From assembly GCA_964016885.1 (NCBI GenBank), contig OZ024742.1, positions 35,712,001 through 35,776,000 on the forward strand: a stretch of DNA of 64,000 nucleotides, in the 5' to 3' direction. Position 1 is the first letter of the stretch; each line of letters opens with the position of its first letter. The position numbers and the translations under genes were made by a program. Of the stretch, positions 44,087 to 57,714 are shown piece by piece. Under the pieces are notes generated by a model that searched no databases, had not been told where the DNA came from, and saw only the letters and a list, made by a program, of their open reading frames with translations. This stretch comes from Eledone cirrhosa (Eukaryota).

Positions 44087-44942
44087 ATATATATAAAGGC
44101 AATATCAATGTCTGGGCCTGTGAGAAATAGCAAATCAACATTGCATGATATATTATTATAACATGCACGATAGATAGATATAGATACAATATACGAGATG
44201 TGTGTCTGTGTGTGAGAGAGAGAGAGAGAGAGAGTGGGTGTGTGTGTGTGTGTATGTGTGTGTGTGTGTATGGGTGTGTATGCGTGTGTGTGTATGTGTG
44301 TGTTGTGTGTGTGTGTAAAAGGTAAACAGCAACAACACAAACGGTAGAGTATATGGAAGGAATATATTAGTATAACGTTCAAATCGATTAGTTTACCAAT
44401 ATATATGTATATCTATAAATACATACAACACATTAATGAGGTTATTGAATGATAATTAGTAATTAAAAAAATATTAATTAATAATTAGTTAATTAATTAA
44501 AAAAATAATTAGACTCACCTTGGTTGGTAAATAAAAATTTGATCCAAAAAATCCGTTTTTCGTTTGTATGTAAACACCAAAATAATGATAATAATAACAA
44601 CAATAACAATAACGGTATTAATGAAGATGAATATTGATTGTCGATTATGTTCAATTGGAAGTTGATAATGGCAGGCAATGAATGATATTGAATATATATA
44701 TACTACCACAATAACAGATATTACAGTCACTACCACTACTACTACAAGTATAATAATAGCAACATCAACCACTATTACTACCACTGGCTTTTTAATCCTC
44801 CGTAACAAACCACCACTAATACTACTACAACTACTACAACCACTCCACCACTTCCACCCCACCACCTCCGCCGCCTCGACAACGAACCGTAAGAACCACG
44901 GAAGTAATAGTAATACTACTACTACTACCACTGCCAACAAAC

Positions 44943-44981
<39 letters not shown>

Positions 44982-45340
44982 TATTGTTTGGCAAACGATA
45001 GCATGTTTGTTGTTATAGTTCGTACAATAATTTCTACTTTAGACACCACAAGGCCGGCAATATATTGCTAATAATTGTAACACAAAAAAATTTCTCAGGG
45101 TGTCATCTACACGAAAAGTATATAGTTAAGTTCGGGCTAGCATACTTCTGTATACAGTGTACTTTTTTTTTTATATAAATTTTATTTTCTAAATAAACCG
45201 GTAGCCGTTGTTGTAATACTTGTAGTGGTAATAGTTGTGGTTTTCGATATCACATACTAAAGCCTGTAATATCTGTTCAGTGTGTGTGTCTGTCTGTTTA
45301 TATGTACGTTTGTTTGTCTATATGTATATAGATATATTTA

Positions 45341-45399
<59 letters not shown>

Positions 45400-45662
45400 G
45401 TCTGCTCGTGTATGTTTGTATGTAGGTATTTTTTCTCCAACAGTGTGTTTTAACACACAACAATACACCAATAAGCAGACGACCGTCTGCCCCTTGCTGG
45501 AGTTTAACTTACAACTAAAAACTTTAGCGATAAAATTTCCTTCCTCACATGCCTACGTCATCGGCCGAACCAATACAACTGGGTGCTGTGTGTTGCTGTA
45601 GGACTGCCTCTCCATATGTGTGTATGTGTGTATGTGTGTTTCTACGTGTGTGTGATGTATAT

Positions 45663-45856
<194 letters not shown>

Positions 45857-46205
45857 TTATACACACAGACACATATATATATTTATTGTATATATACATA
45901 TTTATATATATATTATATTATAAATATGTGTGAGTGTGATATATAAATATATATATGTGTATATACATAAATACATATATATATATACATCATACAAAGA
46001 CACACGCAGAGGTGTACACACATATATAAAACCCACGCGTGGCTGAGTGGTTAAGCAGTTCGCTATATAACCAGTAGGTTCTGGATTCAGTTCCGTGGGA
46101 AATCTTCCACTTTAGTATCTGGTTGACCAAGGTCTCGTGCGTGGAATTTGGTAGACGGAAACTACAGAAAATCGACTCTTATATATATATATATATATAT
46201 ATATA

Positions 46206-46261
46206 TTTTAATATAGATGAGATTCTACAGGACTAGAACTGTTTCATTCTTTAGAAATCAT

Positions 46262-46263
<2 letters not shown>
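46206..46263 (-). ncRNA. HHR of the 2821 family, 5'-truncated inside the core, between TA runs
   Basis: Minus strand: TGATGA-TTTCtaaaGAAt-GAAA-CAGttctagtcCTG-TA-GAATCTCATC. Confidence 0.75.
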
Positions 46264-46310
<47 letters not shown>

Positions 46311-46548
46311 CTCTGCCGTCGGGGTCATACATTTTCATATATATATATATATATATATATAACGAAGGAAATGTGGTAAGGAACCAGATGGACCATAACG
46401 CACCAAAGTACTCAAACTTAGGGTAGTAGAGTGGGTAATAGGAACGAGTAGGACCCCGACGGCTGAGCTCAAGCCGTTTCGACGGCTAATTCTGGACAGA
46501 ATTAGCCGTCGAAACGGCTTGAGCTCAGGCGTCGGGGTCCTACTCGTT

Positions 46549-46587
<39 letters not shown>

Positions 46588-46816
46588 TCTGATATATATA
46601 TATATAATCTTTTCCTGGGTCCTGTATTTTCGTTGCTCTAGTGATGCTGGACTGCCGACCGCTATATCTGATTTGCTAAGCTGTCTGAACGTATTATTAT
46701 TACTCTGGGGTCTTTTCCCCATCTGAGTGCTAAAGCTACAGACCGATTCTGCATTCGTTAGCTTGGCCGTGTTCTAAAGCTTCGTTAATGCTGTACTAAA
46801 ATTTATATATATATAT

Positions 46817-47749
46817 ATACTATATATATAGAGTTATAAACTCAAACAGTCTTTTACAATTAAATAGCTCAAAGAAAGAAATATTTCTGAGCCGTGAAAT
46901 ACAAGTTAATATAAATTAATATATATGATAAACACCAATACAATCATATTAGTGTTTGTATTGTAAATGACCAAGTTAGCTAGATTGAAGAATACTAATT
47001 ATATAAATACAGTTTGCCTGTCTCGATTTAAAACAATAAATCAATAAAAACAAACCCATATTGGCAATAGCCGTGGTACTTGGACAAATTTAAATTTCAA
47101 AATCCAAACCTGTTCCGTAGATAAGTTTAAACTTCAAAATCCAAATAAGTTTCGATAGTTGAAAAAGTGAAAAAATACCATTTTCAGTTCTCATCAGCAA
47201 GTACCCAGAAAATTGGTATGTTTCACCTCAAAATATTTAAGAAGACTGATCAACGCACATGGTTTTTCAGTGTCTAGCCACCACATACTCGTGCTGCTAG
47301 AAATAACAGCCGTTTTTATGGAAGGAGCCGTAATACTATAAATATAGAGTTATAAACTCAAACAGTCTTTTACAATTAAATAGCTCAAAGAAAGAAATAT
47401 TTCTGAGCCGTGAAATACAAGTTAATATAAATTAATATATATGATAAACACAAATACAATCATATTAGAAAATGGTATTTTTTCACTTTTTCAACTATCG
47501 AAACTTATTTGGATTTTGAAGTTTAAACTTATCTACGGAACAGGTTTGGATTTTGAAATTTAAATTTGTCCAAGTACCACGGCTATTGCCAATATGGGTT
47601 TATTTTTATTGATTTATTGTTTTAAATCGAGACAGGCAAACTGTATTTATATAATTAGTATTCTTCAATCTAGCTAACTTGGTCATTTACAATACAAACA
47701 CTAATATGATTGTATTGGTGTTTATCATATATATTAATTTATATTAACT

Positions 47750-47754
<5 letters not shown>
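46817..47754. mobile_element. Non-coding 516-bp-period element: ~1.26 tandem units (minus sense) plus an inverted segment (47468-47754), (TA)n-flanked
   Basis: 46817-46952 repeats at 47333-47468. 47468-47754 is the reverse complement of ~46899-47185. Confidence 0.88.
47075..47205 (-). ncRNA. Type I HHR with a 65-nt stem III containing a 12-bp palindrome
   Basis: Minus strand: GGTACTTG-CTGATGA-GA..TGAAAA...TTTTCA..TC-GAAA-C[...AAGTTTAAACTT...]G-TC-CAAGTACC. Confidence 0.75.
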
Positions 47755-47794
<40 letters not shown>

Positions 47795-48205
47795 ATGTGT
47801 GTATGTATGTATGTATGTATGTATGTATGTATGTATGTATGTATGTATGTATGTATGTATGTATGTATGTATATATACGTCAGGTCACCAGTTGGTGCTA
47901 CTGGTAACATGTATCCCAGTACAACCTGTCTCATGGTCGGGTCTTTGGCGACTAAACTGGCAACCCCACCAAGGTTTCTTGGTGAGGAGGGTGACTTTGG
48001 ATATCCTGCAGGACTAAAAACAAAACCTGTCAAAGGGCAAAGGAGCTCGTAAGAGTCAATGGCCATCCAAAATCACCGGGAGAGATGACCCCTTAGCCTT
48101 TGTCAAGGCATAATTCTATGAGAAGGAAAACTCTGATATATGTATATATATATAGCACTTTCCTATAAACAAGTGCTATTATGCCTCATATCATTGTACC
48201 CTATT

Positions 48206-48271
48206 TTTTATCTGAAGAGAACACAATATCTGTCCCAGGATGATTTTGTATTCGAAATACGTATAATAAAA
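48206..48271 (+). ncRNA. Type I HHR
   Basis: TTTTAT-CTGAAGA-GAAcACAAtATC...GATtTTGTaTTC-GAAA-TACGTA-TA-ATAAAA. Confidence 0.85.
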
Positions 48272-48357
48272 TATATGGAACTCTTATAACCATCTTTTAT
48301 TTCATCTTTATTATATATATATATTGACAGTGAAATTTGGCATATGGAAAATGTCCG

Positions 48358-48413
<56 letters not shown>

Positions 48414-48705
48414 GTCAAGGCTCTGGTAAACCCAAGACTATATAGTGTACTGCACTTGCCTAAGGTGTCAACACACACTCGTGGGACTGGTTTCGAAACC
48501 ACACAGTCAAGAATGCGCACACACACACTCACATACATATATATACACATGCACACACACACACACACATCACACACCCTCACACACATGCGCACACTTA
48601 TTTGTATGGTTTTTTTCCACTTTAATCCTTTTATTGATTTCAATCTTTGGACAGTGTCTATGCTGGAGCAACAGCTAAAAGGATTTATCATTGAACATAT
48701 CGAGT

Positions 48706-48850
48706 GAAGGCGGATGGCTTAGTGGTAGAGCATTGGGCTTGCAATCGAAAGGTTGTGAGTTCAATTCTCGGACCGGGTGATGTGTTGTTTCTTTGAGCAA
48801 GACACTTTATTTCACGTTGTTCCAGTTTACTCAGCTGTAGAAATGAGATG
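48706..48850 (+). mobile_element. tRNA-derived SINE, second family. Other copies: ~11560-11645(-), 30055-30182(-), 57098-57230(+)
   Basis: A box TGGCTTAGTGG, B box GAGTTCAATTC, then TTGAGCAAGACACTTTATTTCAC...CTCAGCTG. Confidence 0.8.
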
Positions 48851-49260
48851 TTGGGACTGGGGTCATTAAAATCACCCAAGACACCTCCAACGAGATATAC
48901 CTTGGAGGAGGCCAGCTGAACCTGCATAGGTGTGAGCTGTCACACACGTATCGATCCAAGTACTTATTTCTATCGGGTACTTTATTTTATCGATCCCTAT
49001 TTGCAGAAACCGCTAATTACCGGACAGAAAGAATATGACAGACAAAAACAAACAACGTGGGCTATAGACGGTAATCAGAAACACAAGTGCGGGCATAGAT
49101 GAGTGGTTGAGAGGGTCTCTCAACTCGGTTGTGGGTTCTGTCCTGCTACATGGAACCTTCGGCAAAGTGGGGTTTTTTTTTGGGGGGGGGGGGTACTATA
49201 GACTCCAGTTCATTAATTCCTTGTGAGCAAAATTTAGAAGGAAACTGAAAGGGACCCTTC

Positions 49261-49308
<48 letters not shown>

Positions 49309-49684
49309 TTAATTAATTATACTATTTATGGTTATGTAAATACAAAAACCTTTTGCAGTTATATGTATTTTTTATACAAACCCTAAATAGTGGTAGGCAG
49401 TAATGTATTACTACCTTATTACCAGTAAGTTAAGTAGCTCAATGTAAAAACATCAGATGATTTAGAGTGGCAGTACATACTTCGAGTATGTACTGCCACT
49501 CTAAATGCTGTAATGAATGTTGACCCACAATATTTGCATATGTATCGGTATGTCTCTTGGCTGAAAAGGAGGTCAGATAACTGTCCATTCATTAATAAAT
49601 TGCTCCGAAGAATCAAACCTCGGTTTGGAGGAAACGGCTGTAAGCACAATAATGTTTTAAACAGTTCTTTGATTCTTATATCTC

Positions 49685-49719
<35 letters not shown>

Positions 49720-49931
49720 AGGAAAAGAGTCAGGACCCCGACGACTAAGCTCAGCCGACGGGGTCATGAGTCTTTTCCTATTACCTACTCTACTACACTA
49801 AGTATCGAGTACTCTGGTGCGTTATGGTCCACCTACTTCCTTACCACACTTTCATTGTTACACACACACACATATATATATATATCGATGATATTAATAA
49901 ATGGAAACTATATTTATAAAACCATATATAT

Positions 49932-50257
49932 ATATATTAGTAAAAGGAAAATAAAATGCTGACAAATTGTTCCCAGTGAAATATAGTTTAATTAGTAATA
50001 AGTAAAAATTAGTAATAAGTATTGGTTAGTATTCAGTTTTAGTTTTAAGTTTTTACTGGTTGCGCATTTCTAATGCTTTTCAAAAATAATTTTGAGATAG
50101 AGCGCCCGTGATGTTTGCTCTAATCCGATTAAAACTAAAACTTAAAACTAAAACTGAATACTAACCAATACTTATTACTAATTTTTACTTATTCCTAATT
50201 AAACTATTTTTCACTGGGAACAATTTGTCAGCATTTTCTTTTCCTTTTACTAATATA
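49932..50257. repeat. ~123-bp inverted repeat around a structured 80-bp spacer
   Basis: 49932-50054 pairs with 50136-50257. On the minus strand the spacer ends GAAA-TGCGCA, like an HHR 3' half. Confidence 0.85.
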
Positions 50258-50288
50258 TCACAACGCATGTGTTACACCTCTATTCTTT

Positions 50289-50358
<70 letters not shown>

Positions 50359-51273
50359 CATATATATACATATATATGTGTGTGTGTGTTGGTATGTGTG
50401 TGTGTGCGTGTATATATATATATAACGAAGGAAGTGTGGTAAGGAACCAGGTGGACCATAACCAACCAGAGTACTCGATACTTTGGGTAGTAGAGTGGGT
50501 AATAGGAAAAGGTTCGGGACCCCGACGGCAGAGCTCAAACCATTTCGACGGCTATTTCTGGAGACCAGAAATAGCCGTCGTTCCGGCTTGAGCTCTGCCG
50601 TCAGGGTCCTGAACCTTTTCCTATATATATATATATATATATCCTCAGTCCACTATTTGCCTCCATCGTGGTATCATGGATCAACTAAGCAGTCTTGCTA
50701 TATCAACACATTTTGATCTGCTTAACATCAACAACTTTGCCGGTAAGTAACATTATTTTTCTTCCACATTGACTTTTTATGCTCTACATTATGTACTTTT
50801 TTTTTTCTTTTTCTTTTTTCTTTTCACTTCATAAACCTTGTTTGTAAATAACATTATTCTTTCTGCACCTTCTGTTTAACATGTTCGACACCACCATTCT
50901 ACACCAATACATTTCACTATCATTTGATAATGCATAAAAATGCTGAAACCGGTAATAGACAATTATTAAATAGATAAATAGATAAATAAATACCATTGTT
51001 AAATAATAAATAAATCAACTAATACCTTAACACATCACACAAAGTAAAACATTTCGTTTTAATCATGTTCTAACCCAGAAAAAAGAGAGAGAGAAACAAA
51101 AAATGAAAAAAAAAATGTTCTTCCTAATAATCGTCTCTTTCTCCCTGTTTTCATATATATATATATAGGCATACTAGTAATCATTTTCTTGCTCAAGTTT
51201 AAGAGTTTGAGTAACGCAGTGAACTGTGAATCGGTGTAAATCTTTATCTAATTATATATATATATACATATAT

Positions 51274-51366
<93 letters not shown>

Positions 51367-51371
51367 CGTGC

Positions 51372-51462
<91 letters not shown>

Positions 51463-51596
51463 AGTGTGTGAGTGTGTGTGTGTGTTTATGTTTACAGTTA
51501 TTTTATGTCCGGTAATTTGTATTAAATTCATTGAAGGCGGAAAGGTCAGGGTCAAATGACTGAAACGGGTAAAAGAATAAAAATACACACATGTAC

Positions 51597-51639
<43 letters not shown>

Positions 51640-51834
51640 TATATATGTATACACACACATGTACATATATATATACGCATACATGCGTGTGTGTGTGTGC
51701 ATATATATGTATACACACACAGGTACACCACCGATTAACTAAGTTTTATTCATCTATCTATCAATCTCTCTCTCTTTCTATATATCTCTCTCTGTCTCTC
51801 TCGCTCTCTCTCTCTCCCTCTCCCCCCCTCTCTA

Positions 51835-51873
<39 letters not shown>

Positions 51874-53060
51874 GTTTCTCTCTCTCTCTCTTTATTTCAC
51901 TTACTAATTCTCCATTTTCTGTTCTTTATCTTTCTCATCATTATTTCCTTCCATTGGGGGCGGTGGATTGTCAGTCTCAATGGAGGGTCAAACAACATAC
52001 TTTGCACCACAGAGTTACAGCCCTTTACGTTCTGAGTTCAAATACCGCCGAGGTTAACTTTGCCTTTCATCTTTACGGGGTCGATAAAATAAAACACACA
52101 AAAAAACAAAACAATGGGGTCGATTTAATCGACATTTCCCTGCTACCCTTTAAAATTGCTGGCTTTCTGCCGTGAGTCTGTGGTCGGGAGTTTGTTTCTG
52201 ATACAAATTCCTTCTCATCCTTTCATTCCTCCCTTCCTTCCATTCGCTCCATCCTTCACCACCCTCCCTCCCTTCTTTTATTTCCTAACTCCTCCTCTTT
52301 CCTCACCCATTCCCCGTTCCTTTTTTTTATCTTATCCCTTTCTCTACTTTACAATTTCTCTTTATCTCTCACACCCGTCCTCCTTCCTCTATTTTTTCCT
52401 CTCTTCTTCCTTTCTACTCCTTTCCTGCCCCCTCGTCTCATCCCTACCTCCCTCTACTCCCACCCCTCAAACCATCACCCCCAGTCTCTCCCTCTCCATC
52501 TCTCCCTTTTTCCTTTCTTTGTCTCTCACGCTCTCTCCCCATGTTCTTGTTTATCTTTCCTAAATACAATAAACCAACCACAAATCGATTCAATTAGCCT
52601 TCGACCTCAAACCATAACAAATTCCTCGGTGATCAAGCTGACGAAGGAAGGGCGGTGCTGGGGCATTTGTGTGATCGGCCAAGCTGATAGAAATAGCAGT
52701 CAAATCTCCTTTAAATGACACTCTGGAGTGGAATAGACCTTCTTCGGTTCCGAGGGTGAGTAAATGGCCCAGGTGTTCGATCAACATCTTGCTCATTAAA
52801 TTAACTTACAAGTAGTTGAGTATTCCACGGGCCCATAGGCCCTTAATATGGTTCTCATGAAAATTCAATATGACACAGTTTGTGACAAGGCTGACCTTTT
52901 GGGTCACATGGTACAGTTAATCTTGCATTACAATAAAAGTAACTGAGTATTCCACAGACACGTGTCCTTTGAACGGAATTCTCAGAGTAATTCAACGTAA
53001 TACAATGCATAACAAGTCTGACTATTTGAATTAGTAGTTCAGTCCATCATATATTGTAGT

Positions 53061-53524
53061 CAGTGGCGGACTGGCCAGGTTGCCAGGTTGCCCAATGGCA
53101 AGTGGACTCCGGGAGGGCCCACGGTGGCATTGCAGTAGTATTTTAGGGCCAATGCTTTGCTTTCAAAAAACACCTGAAATCTAAGAGAAAGAATACATTT
53201 TTTTTAAAAATAAATAAAACAATTAAGCAAAGCTGAAGAAAGTTGAAGAAAATATTCTTAAATTATTAAACTCTAAATATTCAAATTTTATAACTACTAA
53301 ATCTATTAATCTTTCCGTAACATAATAATTTATAAAAAAAAAACCTTGGTCAAGCACGGGGGGGGGGGGGGGGGGAGAAAAATGAGGTGGAACAGAAATG
53401 AAACATGGATTGCAGGTTAAAATGTAGTCTAGATAGATGAGAAACAAAACGAGGGTGTAGTTTATAGAACACCCAAATGATTTATCTCCTGGCAACCAAT
53501 ATTTTTAGACCCACTCCGCCACTG
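53061..53524. mobile_element. Non-autonomous hAT element with a perfect 8-bp TSD
   Basis: TIRs CAGTGGCGGA / TCCGCCACTG, with ATTGTAGT on both sides (53053-53060, 53525-53532). Confidence 0.9.
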
Positions 53525-54167
53525 ATTGTAGTATAAATTAGTAGTACAGTCCATCATATATTACAGTATAGGTGGCTAAGTATTGCATAGACATGCGTAC
53601 CTTTAATGTAATTTCCCAGATTTAGTATACTACACTGTGTGACAAGGCTGATCTTTTGAATTACAAATACAGTACATGAGTCGGGCTTCCAAACAGTTTC
53701 TGTCCACACAATTTCAACTCGAGGCTGTGGTAAAAGGCAATTATCCAAGGCACCACGCAGTGGGATTAGAACTCGGTATGTTATGATTTCGAAGCCAAAT
53801 TTTTAAACAGTTGGTCATATTGCTTCAAAATTACACTCTACTATATTAAAAGATTGACAGAATAGTCACGGTTGGAACGTCTTTGATAATAGGTTTGATC
53901 AGAGTTGACCTGGAGTTAAACAGAAACTATTACATTGAAACAAAACAAGCCTATCTTCCTTGCATCTTTTATTAATGTTTTAGGATTATGCCTTTGTGAG
54001 CAAACAAGTGAGCAAACCTGTTATTAGTGACTGCTTGTGGTCTCCAAGGTACTAACGTGGAAACAGCCTCATAGGTCCAACGACAGATATGTGTGGGAGG
54101 TCGGGATATATCTCTCTCAAAGTCAGATGTCGCCAGCTTATATATATACATATATATATATATCAGG

Positions 54168-54218
54168 GGCTTCCTGATGATTTCTCCCGAATTAAACAGT
54201 TCTAGTCCTGTAGAAGCC
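54168..54218 (+). ncRNA. HHR of the 2821 family with a core mutation (GAAA>TAAA)
   Basis: GGCTTC-CTGATGA-tTTCtcccGAAt-TAAA-CAGttctagtcCTG-TA-GAAGCC. Confidence 0.75.
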
Positions 54219-54990
54219 TTTCTATATTAAATATTTATACTCTGCTTTGTATTGAGTACCTTACTTACTGTGATTACCCCCGATTGAACCCTGGATAAAC
54301 TTATATAGTTTCAGAAGATCCCGTTAAGGGTGAAAGCAGCGATTCTTTGCTTAAACTTTAATCTGTTATTTTAATAATTGTTTCTACTTTAGGCACAAGG
54401 CCAGCAATTACCCAGTGCATTACTGGTACTTTATTTTATCGACCCCGTAAGGATGAAAGGCAAAGTCAACCTCGGCGGGATTTGAACTCAGATCGTAAAG
54501 GGACGTAACTATGCTAGAAAGCATGGCGTCTGACTCTCTACCAATACTGCCAATCCACCGCCTCTATTTTAATAATATATATATATATTATATTATTATT
54601 TTAATAATATATATATATTATATTATATATATAAATATATATATATAGGCCGGTAAATAGGTAGAGCATCGGAGACCATGCTTTGCAACATAAAGTTACG
54701 TCCCTTTACGTTCTGAGTTCAAATCCCGCCGAGGTTAGCTTTGCCTTTCATCTTTACGGGGTCAATAAAATAAAGTACCAGTAATGTACTGATGGTCGAT
54801 TTAATTGATTTTCCCTTTCCCCCAAATTGTTGGCCTTGTGCCTAAATCAGACACCATAATTTAATAGATATATAGCATATATGGCAGTATGGCTATGCGT
54901 ATGTGAGTAGGTGTGTGTGTGTGAGTGTGTGTGTGAGTATGTGAGTGTGTGTGAGTGTGTGTGTGTATGTGTGAGTGTGTGAGTGTGTGT

Positions 54991-55024
<34 letters not shown>

Positions 55025-55026
55025 GC

Positions 55027-55062
<36 letters not shown>

Positions 55063-56349
55063 GTGCGTGCGTATATGTATGTGTCTGGTTTTACAGTTGC
55101 TGTTTGTTATATGACATGCAACTTAGTGGCTCAACAAAAATAGATCGATAAAGTAAGTACTGGAGATGATATGATCGATATGATCATCTGAGTACCGTTA
55201 AGGCGGTGCCCCAGCATGGTCACATTCTAATGAATGAAACCAGAAAAATAATTATATATTTCTATTGGCTAATGTCCAATCAAAAACATACCTTTAACAA
55301 CTTACAAACAGGTTTACATTCAAGACACTGTCTCTCCCTTTCCGTCACTTTCCCTCTATTTTCCTCTCCCACTTTCTCTGTCTCTCCTCCCATTTTCTTC
55401 ACTACCACCCCTCCTCATGTTCCCCCTCTCATGTACAGAGAGCAGAGCAACGGTGTACTTGTCTGTCAATATATTGCTGAGTAAGCAAGCCCACACCTAA
55501 ACGGTCTGATGATGTGTGTGACTGTCTGCTTCTACGTGCATATGTGTATATATATATATATATATGATGTGTGTGTATATGTGTGCGTGTACGTGTATAT
55601 ATGTATGTAAACGTGATACTAAACGGTCTGATGATGTGTGTGACTGTGCGTGCTTCTACGTGCATATATATATGTATGTATGCATATATATATGTGTGTG
55701 TGTGTGTGTGTATGCATATATATATATATTATGTGTGTGTATATGCGTGCATGTACGTGTATATATGTATGTAAGCGTGATACTAAAAAAGAATTTGTAT
55801 TTTCCATCCCAGTATTTGTGTTGCCATTTCTTTAACTATATAAATATATATTATATTAGGTGTGAATCGAAGTTATAACTACCATATAGCAGGTACTAAT
55901 CGAGTTGTTTGAGGGAATCACAAAGCACTCGACAATGGGGAATGTTAATACATTACCGTCTTTAGAGTAAACACGACAGTTAAAACGTGTGACACCAAGA
56001 AAAACAACCGAAGGCAGTTTATATAAACCCCAACAACGATAAATACAGAAATCTAATCGCCGAAGTTAAGATGAAAGACAAATTCAAAATCAACTTACAG
56101 AAATGAGTATGATAGTAATAATTGTTTCTACTTTTGGCACAAGGCCAGCAATTATACCAGTACATTACTGGTACTTTATTTCATCGACCCCGTAAGGATG
56201 AAAGGCAAAGTTAACCTCGGCGAGATTTGAACTAGACCGTAAAGGGACGTAACTATATAAGAAAGCATGGCGTCCGACTCTCTACCGAGTATGACAGTAA
56301 AAATAAAAATAAACACTTTGCAAATATAACAAAAATACATACAGTCTGT

Positions 56350-56990
56350 CTGCGTGTGTGTGTGTGTCTGTGTCTGTGTGTGTGTGTATGTCTGTGTGTG
56401 TGTGTATGTTTTGGTGGGGGGTCTGTGTATGTGTGTGCGTGTGTGTGTCTGTGTGTATGATTGGGGGGGGGGTATGTGTGTATGTGTGTGTGTCTGTGTC
56501 TGTGTGTATGTGTTGGTGGGGGTCTGTGTGTGTGTGTCTGTGTGTATGTATTGGTGGGGGTCTGTGTGTGTGTTGGTGGGGGGTATGTGTGTGTGTATGT
56601 GTTGGTGGGGGTGTATGTGTGTGTGTATGTGTTGGTGGGGGGTATGTGTGTGTGTATGTGCTGGTGGGGGGTATGTGTGTGTATGTGTTGGTGGGGGTTT
56701 GTGTGTGTGTATGTGTTGGTGGGGGTGTATGTGTGTGTGTATGTGTTGGTGGGGGGTATGTGTGTGTGTGTGTTGGTGGGGTGTATGTGTGTGTGTATGT
56801 GCTGGTGGGGGGGTATGTGTGTGTGTGTATGTGTTGGTGGGGGGTCTGTGTGTGTGTCTGTGTCTGTGTGTGTGTCTGTGTCTGTGTGTATGTGTTGGTG
56901 GGGTGTCTGTGTGTGTGTGTCTGTGTGTGTGTTGGTGGAGTGTCTGTGTGTATGCGTGTCTGTGTGTCTGTGTATGTGTGTGTGTGTGTC
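56350..56990. repeat. Compound minisatellite (TG)n-TTGGTGGGG
   Basis: Directly visible. Confidence 0.85.
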
Positions 56991-57657
56991 TAAAGTATCT
57001 TAGCGGAGAGATCAATAAACATGAAATTATTTAACATAACTTCTACTGGCTTCATATGTAGAACTTATCCTTTATTAGACAAGAGACATCCAAGCAGTGA
57101 AGGCTCGTGTCCTAGTGGTTAAGTTGTTGGTATCATGTTTATTAGGCTGTGAGTTCAATTACTGACCCTTGTGATGCGTTGAATTCCTAAACAAAACACT
57201 CCATTTCATGTTGCATTTCGTGACAGACCGAGTCCCCGATCATTAAAACACGCAAAACCCCATCTGAATTGCAAACTAGTAGGTGGCTATCGACGCTTGT
57301 ATAAGAGCTGTAAATTACATTTTTAGGCATCTCAGGTCCAGTTTTTGCAAACGGTATAGTCTTTGATGAATCCGCTATACTGTGAGCTGAACGGAACAAG
57401 GAACGGAGCACAAAGAGTAATTTCCGTCTGAATCAGAAAGACACGCACACACACGTAAAGAATACAGTAACAGTTTGGAATCTTAAAACTATGGAGCTAG
57501 AATGTGACTAAAAAAAAAAGAAATCCCTAACAAATGTCTTTTCCAAGTCAAAAAGTCTCCCACGGAATTCTCCATATTTTTGGTACTTACCAACTTTGTA
57601 TATATGCAGTAATTTTTTTATACGTAACAAACAAAATTTAGTAGAAAGAAACTGAAA

Positions 57658-57714
<57 letters not shown>

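Noticed and set aside
57295-57445. Candidate host exons (57295-57427 minus; ~39166-39240 plus) with plausible splice signals
   Set aside because: They are short, have no recognisable homology and no partner exons. They cannot be supported without RNA-seq.
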